The translations under genes and the position numbers were made by a program. From positions 1 to 58,030 of the forward strand of contig NW_021833684.1 of assembly GCF_006345805.1 (NCBI RefSeq): a stretch of DNA of 58,030 nucleotides. The letters are read 5' to 3'. This document shows, one piece after another, positions 37,341-52,664 of this stretch. Origin of the DNA: Octopus sinensis (lineage: Eukaryota). The first letter of the stretch is position 1; each line of letters opens with the position of its first letter. The notes beneath the pieces are model-generated. The model ran no database searches, was not told the DNA's origin, and was given only the letters and a program-made list of their open reading frames with translations.

Positions 37341-37706
37341 TGTGTGGTTAAAAGAATTCTGGTCGTAATCCATGATATGAGGACTATTTTGGTTGCTATT
37401 TCTACCCCATAGCCTTCACAGACATTTCTCCGCTGGTTCCTGCTATCCTTACTCTTCTACAACAACCGCGAATAAAAACCATAATTGATACTTTTAAGTA
37501 ATTAAATATTTTTATTCACTTAATACATCACAAATATAAAAATTTTTTAATCCTTTTACCTGTTTCAATCAGTGGACTGCGCCATGCTGGAGGCTCCGCA
37601 TTGAAGAGGGTTTTTTTGGGGGTTGAACAAATCGATAATTACTGGGACGTAAACAAACCAACACCGGCTATCAAACGGTGGTCGGGGACAAACACAAAGA
37701 CCCCCT

Positions 37707-37748
<42 letters not shown>

Positions 37749-38015
37749 AAGTAGATAAATGAATTATCTTATTACGGATAATTCAAATGATAACCGATAC
37801 CTGGGTAGCAAAAATCACAACAGAAAAAACACGGTTGAAGTTACGACCATGGGGCATAAAAACCGTTCCTTAGTGCGGAAATTTGAAGTTTTAATGACCA
37901 GTTCAGTCGAGGACATCGACCTCAATACCTGACTGGTACTTTATTTATTTATTCTGGCAGGAGGAAAAGTAAAGCTGACCTTAGTAGGGTTTGAACTCAG
38001 AAAGTGTTTGTGTGT

Positions 38016-38068
<53 letters not shown>

Positions 38069-39068
38069 TGTGGAGAGAAAGAAAAAGAGTGGGAGAGAGA
38101 AAGAATCGGAGAGAGTGATAGACGGATAAACAGAAAGTGTGTTTGTGTATGTGAGAGAGAAAGAGAAAGAGGAGGGAGAAGGAGACGAAAAGACAGAGAG
38201 TGTGTTTGTGTGTGTCAGAGAGAGAGAGAGGGAGAGAGAGAGAAAGAAAGAGGAAGAGTCTCTTCTCAGTACGAGGCTAGCTCTGTATTTATCGACCCCG
38301 AAAGGATAAAAGGTGAAGTCATGGTCGGCAGTATTTGAAATGAAAGTAAAGAAAGCCGGAACGAACACCGCAGTGACTATGTCTTTAAAGAGGCGGCCAA
38401 TCAGCCGCCTACAAATAACATTGCATCTACGTGAAAAAAAAATCCCGTTTTATTTAATAAAAAAATGTAAGAAAAAAATCCCATTAAAGAAGTGACGTTT
38501 TTCTGTGACATTTTGATTTTTTACCGCCGAACTCTAAGGCGAACTGAATGTGCCAAGTTGTCGCCTTCAAATACGTCGCACAAAAATCTCAGTTCACAAT
38601 GATTCAAAGAAAATCATAAAACAAAACAAAACCTTCCTCTCCCATTACGATGCGATGCTAGAGCTTTCCAGAAGTTTTCATATCTTGCTTCTGGGCCATT
38701 GTCGCCGAAGATAAACCAAAACAGGTTTTCGAAATAATTTTAGAATGCCCAGAAAAAAACACTACATACCAGTAAAGCTTTGTCGAAATCGTTCATTTTC
38801 AACCAGGAATCGATAACCGTACAATTTCTTCCAGATTTACAACATGAAGCTTTTTACCATTTATGTCACACCCATCTTCTTTTTTGTCACGTACCTGACT
38901 GCAGGTAAAAGAGAATTGTGCTTATAGACATTGTTCTCCAGCAAACTCGTCAGCTGTTTTTCAAATTTCGAGGTCAGAGAGCTTAACCACACAGCCATCG
39001 CTGCACCTATACAATTCCCACCGTTCAGTTTCTTCCACTGTGGTTTTATTTTCTCATATACAGATACG

Positions 39069-39103
<35 letters not shown>

Positions 39104-39349
39104 GGTATTCTGGTCATGACTACCCATCAGAAGTTTCTGTAAACTTTCTGGTTACACCCAATTCTACTTGAACCGACTCCATCGGTCGCGAATGACTATG
39201 GGTGCACCTAAGAGCTTTCCCTTCCGGAGTACAAGTCACCGGCGAATGCACAACCTAGGGTTGTTTTTATGGAAGACCAGCAGTCGCCCATGTTACCCAA
39301 GGGAAGTGCAAAGGCCAATACAGCTTAGCAGCAGTGACGTCGCCACAAC

Positions 39350-39490
39350 TCGTTTCTACAGATGAGTGAAGTGGAGCAACGTGAAATAAAGTGTCTTGCT
39401 CAAGAACACAACACGCAGCCCGGTCCGGGAATCGATCTCACAAACTCACGATCGTAAGCTCGACGCTCGAACCATTAAGCCACGCACCTT
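39350..39490 (-). mobile_element. SINE family C head
   Basis: gtggcttaatggttcg...gatcgattcccggaccg...gtgttcttgagcaagacactt. Confidence 0.7.
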
Positions 39491-40089
39491 CGGTAGCAAT
39501 TCTACTTAGAAAGTGTATATTCAACCAATATGAGGCTACACTCGAAAACACCTTCCAAAGATACTTTCCGCACCGTAAGACCGAACCCATGACCTCAGGC
39601 TTATAAAGCGCATAGCTCAACAGCCAATCACCACACGGCTATGCCTGCACCTTATATATTTCCGTTTTTTTTTTTTTGTTTTTTTTACAGCCGTTCAGTA
39701 CTTTGAGCCCAACTAAACAACTTGATTAAAGAAGAAGAAACATGGCAGACGATACTAATAAAGTTGTGATTCCCTGTTACAAGCCTCGTGATATATTTAT
39801 GACTTTTGATTGACAGTTCAATAGTTGTGTTGATAGAAGTGACTGGCGTTGAGTTCAGAGTTTTTGTCGTCGTCGTTTATGGCCTGTCGTTGTTGTTGTT
39901 GTTGTTGCAGTTTGTTTAGTTTTGTACCTCGTTATTCATTTGTATCTCTTTATTCATTTTGCTGCAATAAAACAGCATGGCGTTCAACGTACACCTTCTC
40001 TCCGTTCGTCTGCCACGGAATACGCGCGTCCATCTCATTCAAATATGGCGTTTATCTTTTTATCTTTCACTTACCTTCGTCCATTGTAC

Positions 40090-40620
40090 TATGCTGAAGG
40101 GTTAAGTCGAACAAATCGACCCCCGGGACTTAAATTTTTTCAAAAAACGACAAAAAGTCCGGTATTTATCCTATCGATTTCTTTTCCAGAACCTTCAGTG
40201 TTGCCGGAACGTAAACAAACCAACTCCAGTTTTCAAGCTGTGGGCGGACAAATACAAATTCAAAAACACACACACACATGTATACAACGTCTTCCATACA
40301 GTTTCTGTCTACCAAAGTTATTCACAAGGCATTGGTCGGCCCAGGACCATAGTAGAAGACATTTGCCGAAGGTGCCGCGAAATGGGACTGAACCTGAACC
40401 ACTGGTTACAATGCGACGGTCTTAAATGTAAATAATCTTCTCTAATCTAGGCACAAGGCCCGAAATTTTTGAGGACGGAGCTAGTCGATTTGATCGTTCC
40501 CAGTACGCAACTGATATTTAATTTATCGACTCCGAAAGGATGAAAGGCAAAGTCAACCTCGGCGGAATTTGAACTCAGAACGTAACGGCGTGCTAACGTT
40601 TCTGCCAGCTAGCCGTCTTA
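40090..40620 (-). mobile_element. Adjacent SINE family B (40090-40400) and family A (40435-40620) copies
   Basis: Match to the family consensus copies in this window. Confidence 0.7.
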
Positions 40621-42904
40621 ATGAATCCCATAAATAATAGCGTGTAAATATATATATATACACGCACACAGTATAGAGACACATGCACGCACTGGTGTGT
40701 AAGTTTGTTTGTCTGTGTGTATGCGTGTTATGAGTGAGCGTTTGCAGTAAAATCGTAGTTACATATATTGTTTCTTTTATGTCTCGCAACTTAGTTGTCT
40801 GACAAGCAGAGATCGATAAAAATAAGTACCGCACTGAAATGAATATTGGAGTCGATGTGCTGCAAGATGATGCTCCAGTATGGTCTCATTTCAAAGGCAA
40901 TGACTGAAACCAGTAAAAGGATGTCATAATATAATACACGTGTACGCGCGCGCACACACACACATACACACACACACACACACACGCACGTACACGTAAT
41001 TTTTGCTCCCCGACTGTTATTCTCATTAGTTGGTCTCTTATCGTTAATTTCCATCCAGCATAGGTGAACGCGCTCACTTGGATGGCACTGACCCGTAGCT
41101 AATTGCTATATAAAATAGCTAAACAGATGCTACCCTAGACATTCATTTTGCACACACCTGTTGCCGGCAGTAAGCGACCTTCTAATATAGTACCACATTA
41201 CATAGAGGCAAATACTTAAAAGTACCCCGAGGTTCAGTCCTTGTTGCGGTGAGGTGGCTTGTATGTCTCGATGAACTTAAGGGCCATACCATTAGAGTGC
41301 AAATTCCTGGTAGGGCCTTTTCCATGCTGGATAGATCGAAGGAGAGAGGCCTGGGTAACATGGACCACCTCTTCCCAGAGGTGAAAATGGCGTTGCAGAG
41401 GGCCAACAGAACCTACCTAGAAAAAAAGAAGCTATGTTAAAAACAGGCACGTGCCATCAGTAATTACTCAGGGTAGGCAGTTGGTGACCCTTATGTAGTA
41501 AAACACACAAAAAATAAGCGAAACACAGCCGCACGACTGAGTTGAAGGCAGATTTACTTCTGCCTTTAGAGCACGTAAAGAAAACGTTGTTGTAGGAATG
41601 CACGCAGCATGTGTGCTACAGCAGTTCTATGTGTAGCTTAAATACTGTGATTGAAAGGCAGGGACGAATTATGCTTACCTAATCTACAAAAAAATAATAT
41701 TTTTTGCATTTTATGCATAGTAATCAGAGTAACCTTCATAATTTTATTAAATTAGGTGTATATTAGAAATGCGGCTGATTTTGCCGATGTTTGTATCGCT
41801 TTTTCCCCAGTTCACTGTTGTTGTTGTTTATTCGTGGATCGATTCTGATTGAGAACAGTTACGAGCTTTAACCATCTCGTGTTATTTTATACCATAGCTT
41901 TAGGGACAACATCTCTAGCATGGCTGTCGTTATTGTTGGTCATCCCCAGATCACTCCTTGTCCCACCTGTGCTCAGGAGTCGTTCAAGCAGTGACCATCA
42001 TGTTTCTGTACACCAGGGTCTATATTGTCCAATGTGTCCTTTCTTTTCTAAGACAGTTGAATGTGATTAAAGGGAGACGTTTGCATAACTGAAAGAAGCT
42101 CGTCGTGTGTGTGTGTGTGTGTGACCCACTGCCGCTTGACACCCGGTGTTCGGTTGTTTATGTTTCCATAACTTGGCGGTTCGGCCAAGAGACGATAAAA
42201 TAAGTGTTAGGGTTTAAAAAGGACTGAGGATTCGATTTGTTCGACTATATATTCATTATTTTCAACCAGTAGAAGAAGATATTCGGTGGTTCAACGGCAG
42301 AGAGTTTCGTTCATTGCACTTAATAGAAGACATCGAAATGTTTAATAAATGCCGTGCATGAGGCTCTCAGTCCTTGAGTCACTTTCAAACTTCTGCCGAT
42401 TAAAAATAACACACACACACACTTATACATATATGTGTGTGTGTACGCTTGACAGTGATGTAAAGTATAAAAATATAAATTTAACCATAAAACACATACA
42501 CACACACACATACACGCAGTGTGATACTCAGAGGAGACACACATGTTGTTTAGCCGACCCCAGCTGATGGAGGAAGACATGAACGGTAAGAAATCAAGCA
42601 ACACCTGAAGAAAAAGATCAATAGACTTTTGGCACCTAAGAGCAATTAGTAGCGTAGTCATAATAGGCATTTTAGAGCAGAGTGGAATAGGTTCAAAAAG
42701 ATAAAGTAAAAAGGGGAAGGGGGGTGAGTTTAATAAGCATAAGATGGTGAAAAAAATAACAACAATAAAAGAGAATAAATAAATGTAAAGGAAAAAGACA
42801 GAGAGCGTTCGCTAAAAGACCTCAAAAAGATTCCCCTTTTGATGTGATCGGCAAATATATTTGAGATAAAGAAGGGATAATCATCTATTTGAAGTATGTT
42901 GAGT

Positions 42905-42935
<31 letters not shown>

Positions 42936-43666
42936 CATTGGTGGTGTTTAGACAGGAGCTAATTAGAGAAGAAAGAAGAAGAAGAAAGACAAACGATTCG
43001 CAGCAATAACAACCACAACAACGACAAGAAGAACAACGGAACGGCTACAACAACAAGCAATGGCAACAATCGCAAAGACTTACAAGTATAGCAACAACAA
43101 CAATGAGGAGAATGACAAAAATAACAACGGCTACAATAGCAGCAATAGCAACAACTACCAGTTATGGGAAGAAACGGCGTTAGCAACAATAGCAACAACG
43201 GAGATGATAAAAAGAAAAAGAAAGAAATAGCAACGCAAACAACTCGGTAAGTACAACAGTAACGTTATCAACCACAACAACAAAAAAAGGGTAGTTAATA
43301 ACAACAATAACAACAGCAAAATAAGCAGCAGCAGCAGCAGCCGTCCAAGAATTTGGACCTGGAGATCTCCATTTCCAGCGACTTCGAGAGCCACCTCCCA
43401 GTGGTGTCGAGCGTCAACGAAGAGCCCTCGACTACAACAAGATGACCAAAATTTTTTCTTTTCTCCAAGGTCTGGGGTCTCCCGCCCCTAAGCCCAAGAC
43501 CATCACCTAATCACCTTTACGCCCGTCTTGTTGCTTAACAACAACAACAACAACAGCAATAGTAAGGACAACAGCAGCAGCCGTAGAAGCAGCAACATCA
43601 ATAACAAGCACAACACAACCACCACCACCATCACCATCACCACCACCAACAACAACAACGACAGAC

Positions 43667-43682
43667 AGATAGATAGACCGAC

Positions 43683-43743
<61 letters not shown>

Positions 43744-43762
43744 TAGATAGATAGACTGACAT

Positions 43763-43833
<71 letters not shown>

Positions 43834-43840
43834 CTGACAA

Positions 43841-43910
<70 letters not shown>
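43667..43910. repeat. (AGAT)n tetranucleotide microsatellite
   Basis: Directly visible; a second tract at 55645-55723. Confidence 0.95.
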
Positions 43911-44212
43911 CTCTAACCCATCTAAATTTAGTCTGGTACAACAGTGACGGAATCAAACGCGCTATTCCGCTATTCTGCTATTCCCCACATGAAAGAGATT
44001 ACTCCTAGCAGATTCCTTGAGCGGTAATATTTCTTTATTCCTTCACCAAATTTCTTTGATGTGGTTTCGTCAACGTTAGGAATGCAAGACTTCCTAACGG
44101 AGCCGGGTTTGTCTGGGGAAGGGAGGTCCTCGTGCGTAAAATGGGGGAGGGACTTTTAAACGGATGTTGTTTGTGGAAGGGCCAGGGTGGAAATTATTTA
44201 ATACCAAACATA

Positions 44213-44520
44213 GTGACTGTGTGGTAAGAAGCTTGCTTCCCAACCACATGGTTCCAGGTTCAGTCCCACTGCGTGGCGTCTTGGCCAAGTGTCTTCGACC
44301 GGGCAAAGCCATATGACTGGATTTGGTTGGCGGAAACTGAAAGAAGCCTGTCATATATATATATATATAGTACATATGGGGGGGGGGTATCTCTGTATCT
44401 GTATTTGTTCCCCATCACCACTTGACAACTGATGTTGGCGTGTTTACGTCCCCATAACTGCGGTTCGGCAAAAAAAAAACCGACAGAATAAGTAACTGGC
44501 TTTAAAAAAAAACAGTAGGG
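44213..44520 (+). mobile_element. SINE family B
   Basis: gtgactgtgtggtaagaagcttgcttcccaaccacatggttccaggttcagtcccactgcgtggc. Confidence 0.75.
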
Positions 44521-44556
<36 letters not shown>

Positions 44557-44630
44557 TATTCAAAATGTCTGACGACTAGCATCACACTTGAAACTCGAGA
44601 GTACCAGTGAATTTGAATCAAACTGTTTTC

Positions 44631-44706
<76 letters not shown>

Positions 44707-46019
44707 CAGTGAGAAAAATAGTGAGAGAGAGGAGGGGATGTAGTGACGTTGATTATGAGTATCAACAACATAGCAGAGGGAAAATACACACACACACACA
44801 CACGCACCTGACAGCCGTGGTATCGAGAACAATATTAGGAATAAAGGCTAATTACAAATGCCGTTGTATCCTAGATATGCTTTGCCAGATGAAAAGAAAT
44901 GTCTGGAAGGTCACGCCTGGAAGGTAATGCCGTTGAACATCACTCACTACTGGATTAGTGCTGATCGAGTATTAAATAAGAAGCAACTTTGACTGGCTAG
45001 AAATAGCAGCCAATTCTTCCTATCTTTAAAACAACGGTGAAGGACACATTGAATAATGTAATCTTAGATACACTATGCCCTGAATAAAGGCAAAAAATAA
45101 ATAAATAACGAACAAAAACATAACTGGATGATGACGGCTTTGAATGTCTTTGAACTTGGAGTCTGTTGAATCAGGTCTGACCGGGGGCTAAAGGATGGCA
45201 ACAACAACACCAACAACACCAACAACACCAACGCTAATTGCCGTGTTGTTTCTTTTCCCCTTCGTTCAAGATGGCAACATAGTCACGTGCTAAAGTGACA
45301 ACCCCCTCCTCCCCCCACCCGTCCCCTCCCCCCTCCTGTCACAATATCTTTCAACAGATTCCGAATGATGCAAGGCTCAATAAAAAGAGGTGTCAGGCGG
45401 AAAGGTCATCAGGTACAATTTTTGCTTTATTTATTTACTTATTTATTTATTTGCATATTTTTTTGTACGTATTTTATGTGTTTACCTTTTTGTGTTTTTG
45501 TTTTTTGCAGGTCACGTGGTTCATAGTATTGCCAACGGCTGCGGCGGCGGCGGCGGCGCAGAAGGCGGTGAATCTGTTGTTTTTTTTTTCTTCAGGTATG
45601 TTGTATATTTGTGTACCTCTATGTGCGTGTATGTATGTATGTGTGTGTGTATGTATGTATATATGTATGTATGTATGCATGGGTGTGTATATATGTATGT
45701 ACGTCTGTGTGTGTGTATGTATGTGTATGCGTTCATGGACGCAAGTGTGCAAACGCATCTGTTTAGTAAACACAAGTGAGTAGGTGTTCATTAAAGTCTT
45801 TGAAATGAGGAAATGTCAAATACTACAATAAAATATTTACACTTTACTCACAGCAGAGTATTGAGTGCATTCCTCCCCCCTCTTCCTTGTAAACTCTGAC
45901 CTCCGCGCGCACCCCTCCCCCTCACACATATTCGTCCACAATTTGTAACATCGCAACTTTCTGCATTATTTCTCTAATCACCGAATTATCATTATATATA
46001 ATGTATATGCAAATATCTT

Positions 46020-46445
46020 TTATCTTTTGCTTGTTTCAGTCTTTAGACTGCGGCCATGCTGGGGCACCACCTTGAGGAATCATCAGTCAAACGACTCGAT
46101 ATCAGGACTTTTTTTTTATTTTTTAAGCCTAGTACTTATGCTATCGAATATTTTGCCGAACTGCTAAGTTACTCGGATGTAAACACACCAACACCGGTTG
46201 TCAAGAGTTGGTGAGGACAAACACAGAAACAAAGATATACACACACCTTGGTGTGTGTATATATACATGCATAAATATGTACATACATACATGCATACGA
46301 CGAGGTTTTCTCAGTTTCTTTCTATCAAATCCAGTCATAAGAGGCTATAGTAGAAGACATGCAGCCAGGGTGCCACGCAATGGAACAGAACCCGGGACTA
46401 TGTGGTTGAGAAGGAAACTTCTTACCATACACCTACGCTTATGCC
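46020..46445 (-). mobile_element. SINE family B
   Basis: Tail cttgtttcagtc..gactgcggccatgctgggg and head cttaccatacac. Confidence 0.7.
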
Positions 46446-46530
46446 TACACACACATATGTATGTATGAATCCATTTTTCCGTCAACGGAGAAATTAAATT
46501 TGCCACATTCGTATTTCTACTGCGTAGGTT

Positions 46531-46577
<47 letters not shown>

Positions 46578-46580
46578 ACA

Positions 46581-46624
<44 letters not shown>

Positions 46625-46903
46625 TAATTGAAGTATATTGTATTATATATCCATTATGGCCGATCTTCCCAATCGGTTTCGCACTAGGGGTTCAACAGAG
46701 TGCAAGGTAACAGTCCGATTATGTAACCCTGCTCTCATCAGAGGTTGCTGTTATAGAATGAAATATGATTAACACTGTTGAAACTGATCGGTAAGATCGA
46801 CCGTAATGGATATATAATACTGTACACTTTGATTAATATACCTACTCTACTGACAGATACAAGAGTGCATTTTTTCCTGATTTATCGACTCTTAAATGGC
46901 TTA

Positions 46904-47086
<183 letters not shown>

Positions 47087-48032
47087 CATACATATATATA
47101 TATGGTGGGTGGGACGATTTTCCACTTTGACACGATGCACTCAATACACGACTGAGTACTTGTTTTACGTTTTTCTTTTTACCGAGGAGTTTGTTTTCTC
47201 CACATAAACCAAACAAACAAGCTGAGTTATAACCAATGAAGTGTTGTACAGATTCGCTTGAAAACATTGTATGAAGTGGATCTCTCTATTCTGGAACAAT
47301 ACGCATTTAAAGAAAAGTTGAAATTAGCTACAAATCTAACCTCCACAATTCTTCGTCATCTTTCCTGGAGACCCCAGAGCTATCGTCTGAGGACATCCTC
47401 CTTCTCCAATCAGTCTTCTCACTCTCTTTCTCTCTCTCTCTCTCTTTCTTTCTCTCAGAATATGTCTGTATGTGAGTGAGTATGTGTGGTCGTTGTTTAA
47501 TACACGCATGAATGAAAACCTCGTCCCACGTTGAATGAGTTTTGAAGTACAGTGATGCTATTGGAATGTTTTGCATATATTAACCAAGGAGCCCAACTGT
47601 GCTGGGGCTTTGCTTGTTTTTGATCTTTGTTTTTTTCCCTCTCTCTTTTGGCTTCCTAGGTGTGGAGGAAAGGGAAGTGGTTATGGCCTTCGTATGGCCT
47701 CTCAAACTGTTGAGATGGAAGCCATTATTCCATTATCATCCTTGTTCAACCTTCACAAGACATCTGCAAGAAAGACACCAGCAATGGACGGGGTGGGGGC
47801 AGGAATTCTAGAGGACCCACGTTCTGGGAAGAAAGGACTGGGTAAAGTGATTAATGCGATGGGGCCCGGGGACGGAGTTGGACACGAGAACGAGAATTGG
47901 TCGGGAATGTCTGTGTGTCTGTGTGTAACAGTAAGGTGTCTAATACCCATGTCAACGAAAACAGCCTTCACTACTCACTGTGCTTTGTGACACCAGATGG
48001 TACTATAATAAATTATTAAGGTTCTGACTAGG

Positions 48033-48275
48033 CCCGTGGTTCTCAGCCGGGGTCCACATGACCCTTGGGGGTCCATATAAGATGTGCATTAAATCGGTTA
48101 TACTTCAATATACAATATACAAAATATTTTAACATTTTTTATAAAATTCCTAACAATATTCAATTATAAAAATATAATAGGGGTTTTTAAACATCAAATG
48201 GCGATGAAGGGCCACCTGAGTAAAACAGAAATCAATGGGTCCACAGACGAAAAAAAGAGATGGTAGAGAACCAAG
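48033..48275. mobile_element. hAT/Charlie-like MITE, degenerate
   Basis: Termini ccgtggttctcagcc ... ggtagagaacc; internal ggggtcca repeats. Confidence 0.55.
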
Positions 48276-48353
48276 TTCTCCACGCCGGTGGTGCTACTAC
48301 GGCAATGCAACCGTTGCTGGTTCAGAGGAACAAGCAACAGTTTATCTCTAGAG

Positions 48354-48573
48354 CAGTGGTTTTCAACCAGGGTTCCGCGGAACCTTGGGGTTCCGCTAGC
48401 ACAGTGCAGGGGTTCCGCAAGAAGTTACAAAACTGCTAAAATCGGCAGTAATTTTTAATTCTCCTGTGCAGATATGTGTGCATAAGACTAATTAAATTAT
48501 TGCACAGGGGTTCCTCGAGCCAGTGGAATGTTTCCCTGGGGTTCCGCTCCAGCAAAAAGTTTGAAAAGCACTG
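48354..48573. mobile_element. hAT/Charlie-type MITE with perfect 8-bp TSD
   Basis: TIRs cagtggttttcaacc / gtttgaaaagcactg; TSD CTCTAGAG at 48346-48353 and 48574-48581 (NTCTAGAN is the Charlie-type target); subterminal gggttccg repeats. Confidence 0.9.
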
Positions 48574-48867
48574 CTCTAGAGATAAAAAAAAAAGATTTGA
48601 GTGAGAGACAGGCAACCGAAGCTCATCGAAAAGAGCTGATTTGTTTGTGGAACCACCCAAGGACGGGCAGCAGGTGGCGATGGCACATAATGGAAATAAA
48701 GAAGAATAAAGATAAACTATCGATGAGATTATTGAGTTCAATAACCTGAGAGTATATTATTTTTAGTGGGAAGGATATGGGTTGAGATGATGGAACGAAA
48801 TACCTCTGACTCTGGGATTTGGAGGAAAAAAGAAAAAGAAAAAGAAAGGAAGCGATAGAAGACTGTA

Positions 48868-48908
<41 letters not shown>

Positions 48909-49664
48909 CCGTCTTCCATCGCTTTTATGTCCGCATTCCGTACATCGCAGCAAAATAAATTTTAAGATATAAAGCGGCAAAAGGAGAAACAAAAGAATGA
49001 AGAATGAACTGTGAGTAAAAGAATGACAAAAGGAGATTGAAAAATGCCAGATATTTTGATGGATCTCAGCCAAAATACCAAAATCAACAAAGTACACAGA
49101 TATAAGTATACACAGGCACGTGTGTGTGTGTGTGTGGATAAGTACGTACACGTGTGTGTGTGTGTGGTGTGTGTGTGTGTGTGTGTGAAAAACACACAAA
49201 ACATATCAAAGGTATGAAAAATACCGAGAGGATTGCAGGTATGAGCAGTTTTGGTACCAAGGGGTCATCTCTCCAACTTAAAACCCCGACATTCCTCGGG
49301 GCTAAAAGACACGCTTTAATCGTCGCTGCCATTGTTTTTTAAGGAAGCGTCGTCAGATGAAAAGCAAATTCAGAGGTGATTGATCTCGGCTTTAGATGAA
49401 AAGCCGACACAAGGGAATCCGCTCGCATAACCCCCACCCACCACCACCACCACCGCAACCACCGCAACCACCGCAACCATCCCCTTTCGTTCCTGCTAAT
49501 CCCTTATTCGATCGATAATCACACTATCTATCTATCTATTGCTCTAGTTCCATCTCTCTCTCCCCCTCCTCCCCCCTCTCTCTCTTTCTCTCTTTCTCTC
49601 TCTCTCTCTCAATTATTTTGTTTCCATCTCTCATCTCCCATCTCTCTCTCTCTCCCTCTCTCTT

Positions 49665-49696
<32 letters not shown>

Positions 49697-49953
49697 TCTT
49701 TCTCGCTCTCTCTTTTTCTCTCTCCCTCTCTGTCTCTCCCTTTCTCTCTCTCTCTCTCTGTCAGTCCGTTTAGCTTTGTTATTCTCTCCATTAACATATA
49801 TTTATATTTATTCCTTCTCCCCGACTCCATCCACCATCGCCCCTCCCCCCCTTGCCCTCCCCCTTCAAAACCTTTACGTTTTCTTTATTTTTTTTCCCTT
49901 AACACCTTCATTTCTTTTCCTCATTCAAACTTCATTTTCCACCCCTTCTCTTT

Positions 49954-49999
<46 letters not shown>

Positions 50000-51160
50000 T
50001 ACATACACACACACACACACACACAATTCTTTACATAGATTTTTTTTTAATGTAATCAAAATAAAAATTTCCCTCGGCCACGCAAACATTCCTTCTTCAT
50101 TCTTTCGTTTACATACACAAAATTACACACACACACACACACACATACACACACACGCACGCACACACACACATATATACACATACACACACACACACAC
50201 AATTACATAGAGTCGTATACACACATTGACGCTCAGATGCGTAGGACTATTTCCAAGAGAGAAACCCTTTGCGCGACCGTTGATTTACTAGAAGCAACAA
50301 GCAAATTCACTCAAATCACACAGCCAAACCTTTTAAAACAGGTGTCGGCAAAGTGGACAATATTGACGCCTGGAGCTCTATGGGACTATCGAAGGGGTCG
50401 ATAAACACCTGAAATTATTTTGAGCATTGAGGGTCTGAATTTTAAGCGAACTAAATCTGGGAGAGCACAGGTAATTAAGGCTATAATTTACTAATTTCCA
50501 GTTAAATATCAATGCAATGACAATTTCACGCCGTTAACGATAATATTGTTCTTTCTTGGTGGCGTCAACAGCAAAAAGCTGCAGGAAATAATGAGCGAGC
50601 GTAGAAGACTGTGATGAAAACAAACACGACACGGGTGGTGGGTAGGAATATAAATATACAAACGAAATAAAGGCAGAACGGCTCTGAAGCAGCGTTGCGA
50701 TGCGTAGAAGTAACGCTAATGGAAACGGATGTCCTACAGGGCTTGAATAGAAAAGCGGAGCGAAAGGTGGGGAAAGAATGAACCCGAGGTTGAAGGAAAG
50801 GCGAAAGCGAGGGCCCGAGAAATGCACGACTGAACAGGTTGAGATATACATCAGAACAACCTTCAAAATATTTTCAATCGTGATAATTCTGCTTTTTTGT
50901 TTCGAGGTTATTACTCCTAGAATAAAGGCATCCAAGTATCATTTCTCTTATTTAGGCAACAGAACGTGAACTGAAGGATATTTGGCAGCCAATTCCTTAG
51001 AATCTCCCTTCTACGTTGGCGTTTTTCTTTCGCAAATAATATTAGGGGTACCGGAAATTAATGCATACTTTTAAGCAAATAATCTGACGTCATACGACAA
51101 GAAGTACCGCGTCAACGTATCGGGGACTTATTTCGAAGGTTTAAGAAAACCTTGCTCCAA

Positions 51161-51378
51161 GGGGGCGAGCTGGTAGAAACATTAGTACACCGGGCGAAAT
51201 GTCGAGCGGTATTTCGTCTGCCGTTACGTTCTGAGTTCAAATTCCGCCGAGGTCGACTTTGCCTTTCATCTTTCCGGGGTCGATTAAATAAGTACCAGTT
51301 ACGCACTGGGGTTGATGTAATCGACTTAATCCGTTTGTCTGTCCTTGTTTGTCCTCTCTGTGTTTAGCCCCTTTGTGA
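51161..51378 (+). mobile_element. Near full-length SINE family A
   Basis: ggcgagctggtagaaacattagtacaccgggcgaaatg...gagttcaaattccgccgaggtcgac; reverse complement of 35504-35736. Confidence 0.85.
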
Positions 51379-52010
51379 CTACATTCACCTCAGAGTAAGT
51401 TCTGAGATTTATCAATTATGTTTAAAACGTTTTTTATTTTTTATTTTTGATATTTGAGATATTGTAAGGTTTCGTACTCATAATTAAATTTCAATGTTAA
51501 TAATGGATTTAGAAAAGTTTTGCACTTCTAACCAAGTGGCACAGAACTCTTGCGAAAATCGAGCAGGGGAGACACCTTAATAAAAAAAGATAAAACGAGA
51601 ACACAATCGTGTTTTTAATTGATGCCTAAAACACAAACTCCCCCGCCCTCTCGCGTGTGTGTATGTGTAAGTGTGTATTTACCTCGGATGACAGACACAT
51701 CTGAGCGCTTGAAATAGTAATATGTATGCCATTAATCATTCAACATCAACAATAGGGTATGTATGTTTGTATGTATGTGTGTATGTGCGCGCGTGCGTGC
51801 GTACCTATGTGTGTATACACACACATATGATGTGTTTATTCACACACATTCATAATTACGCCACACTCAGTTCTTATGTATATCAGTATGTGTTTATATA
51901 TTTATGAATATATTGTACAACACACACACTGATGTATATACATAATACATGTGACTTAACTGAACCTTAAACTTTCTGTTCTTCGCTCCCTCTTCAGAAC
52001 TGCTGTCTTT

Positions 52011-52073
<63 letters not shown>

Positions 52074-52608
52074 TGAGGGGGAAAGAGACCGAAATCTGAT
52101 ACCAGCTGAAGACTGAAGACCAATACGTGAAGAAACTACATTTACACAAACGTACCTTTCCCACTATAGTAATACAAAAAGAAGAATATCTCACCGGCAT
52201 ATTTGCCATAAAAGAAACGCAGTGTAAATATTTATTCATCCCACGCACTAAACCATCAATGAACGATCAGGTTTATTAAATTCAAGAGACAGAGGAAATG
52301 GAACTGGGAACATACGTGTCTTTCCGATTACACGGGACCCTACCGTCCCTACATAGACCTTCCTCCTCTCACCGTCCATACTTCTTGTTCTTCCTCTCTA
52401 GAACATCCCCCCCGCCACTCTGGCATTCCTTCCCTGCCAATGTTTTTTTGTTTTCTTGCTGACCTCAACTTGCAGCGGTTCAAGAGAAGCTTTAACGGCA
52501 TCAAATCTTACCATCTTTGGACAGTCTGTGAACGCTGCGAGGACTGCGCTTTCTTTTGGACCAATCCCAGAAAGATGGGGGAAAGGCAATGATCGATATA
52601 ACCTTTTG

Positions 52609-52664
52609 ATTGACCATATTCTAGTCTTAATCGATAATTCGATTAAGGCTAGAATATGGTTAAT
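52609..52664 (+). other. 26-bp stem hairpin with a 4-nt loop
   Basis: attgaccatattctagtcttaatcga-taat-tcgattaaggctagaatatggttaat; fully paired on the plus strand with two G-U pairs. Confidence 0.7.
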
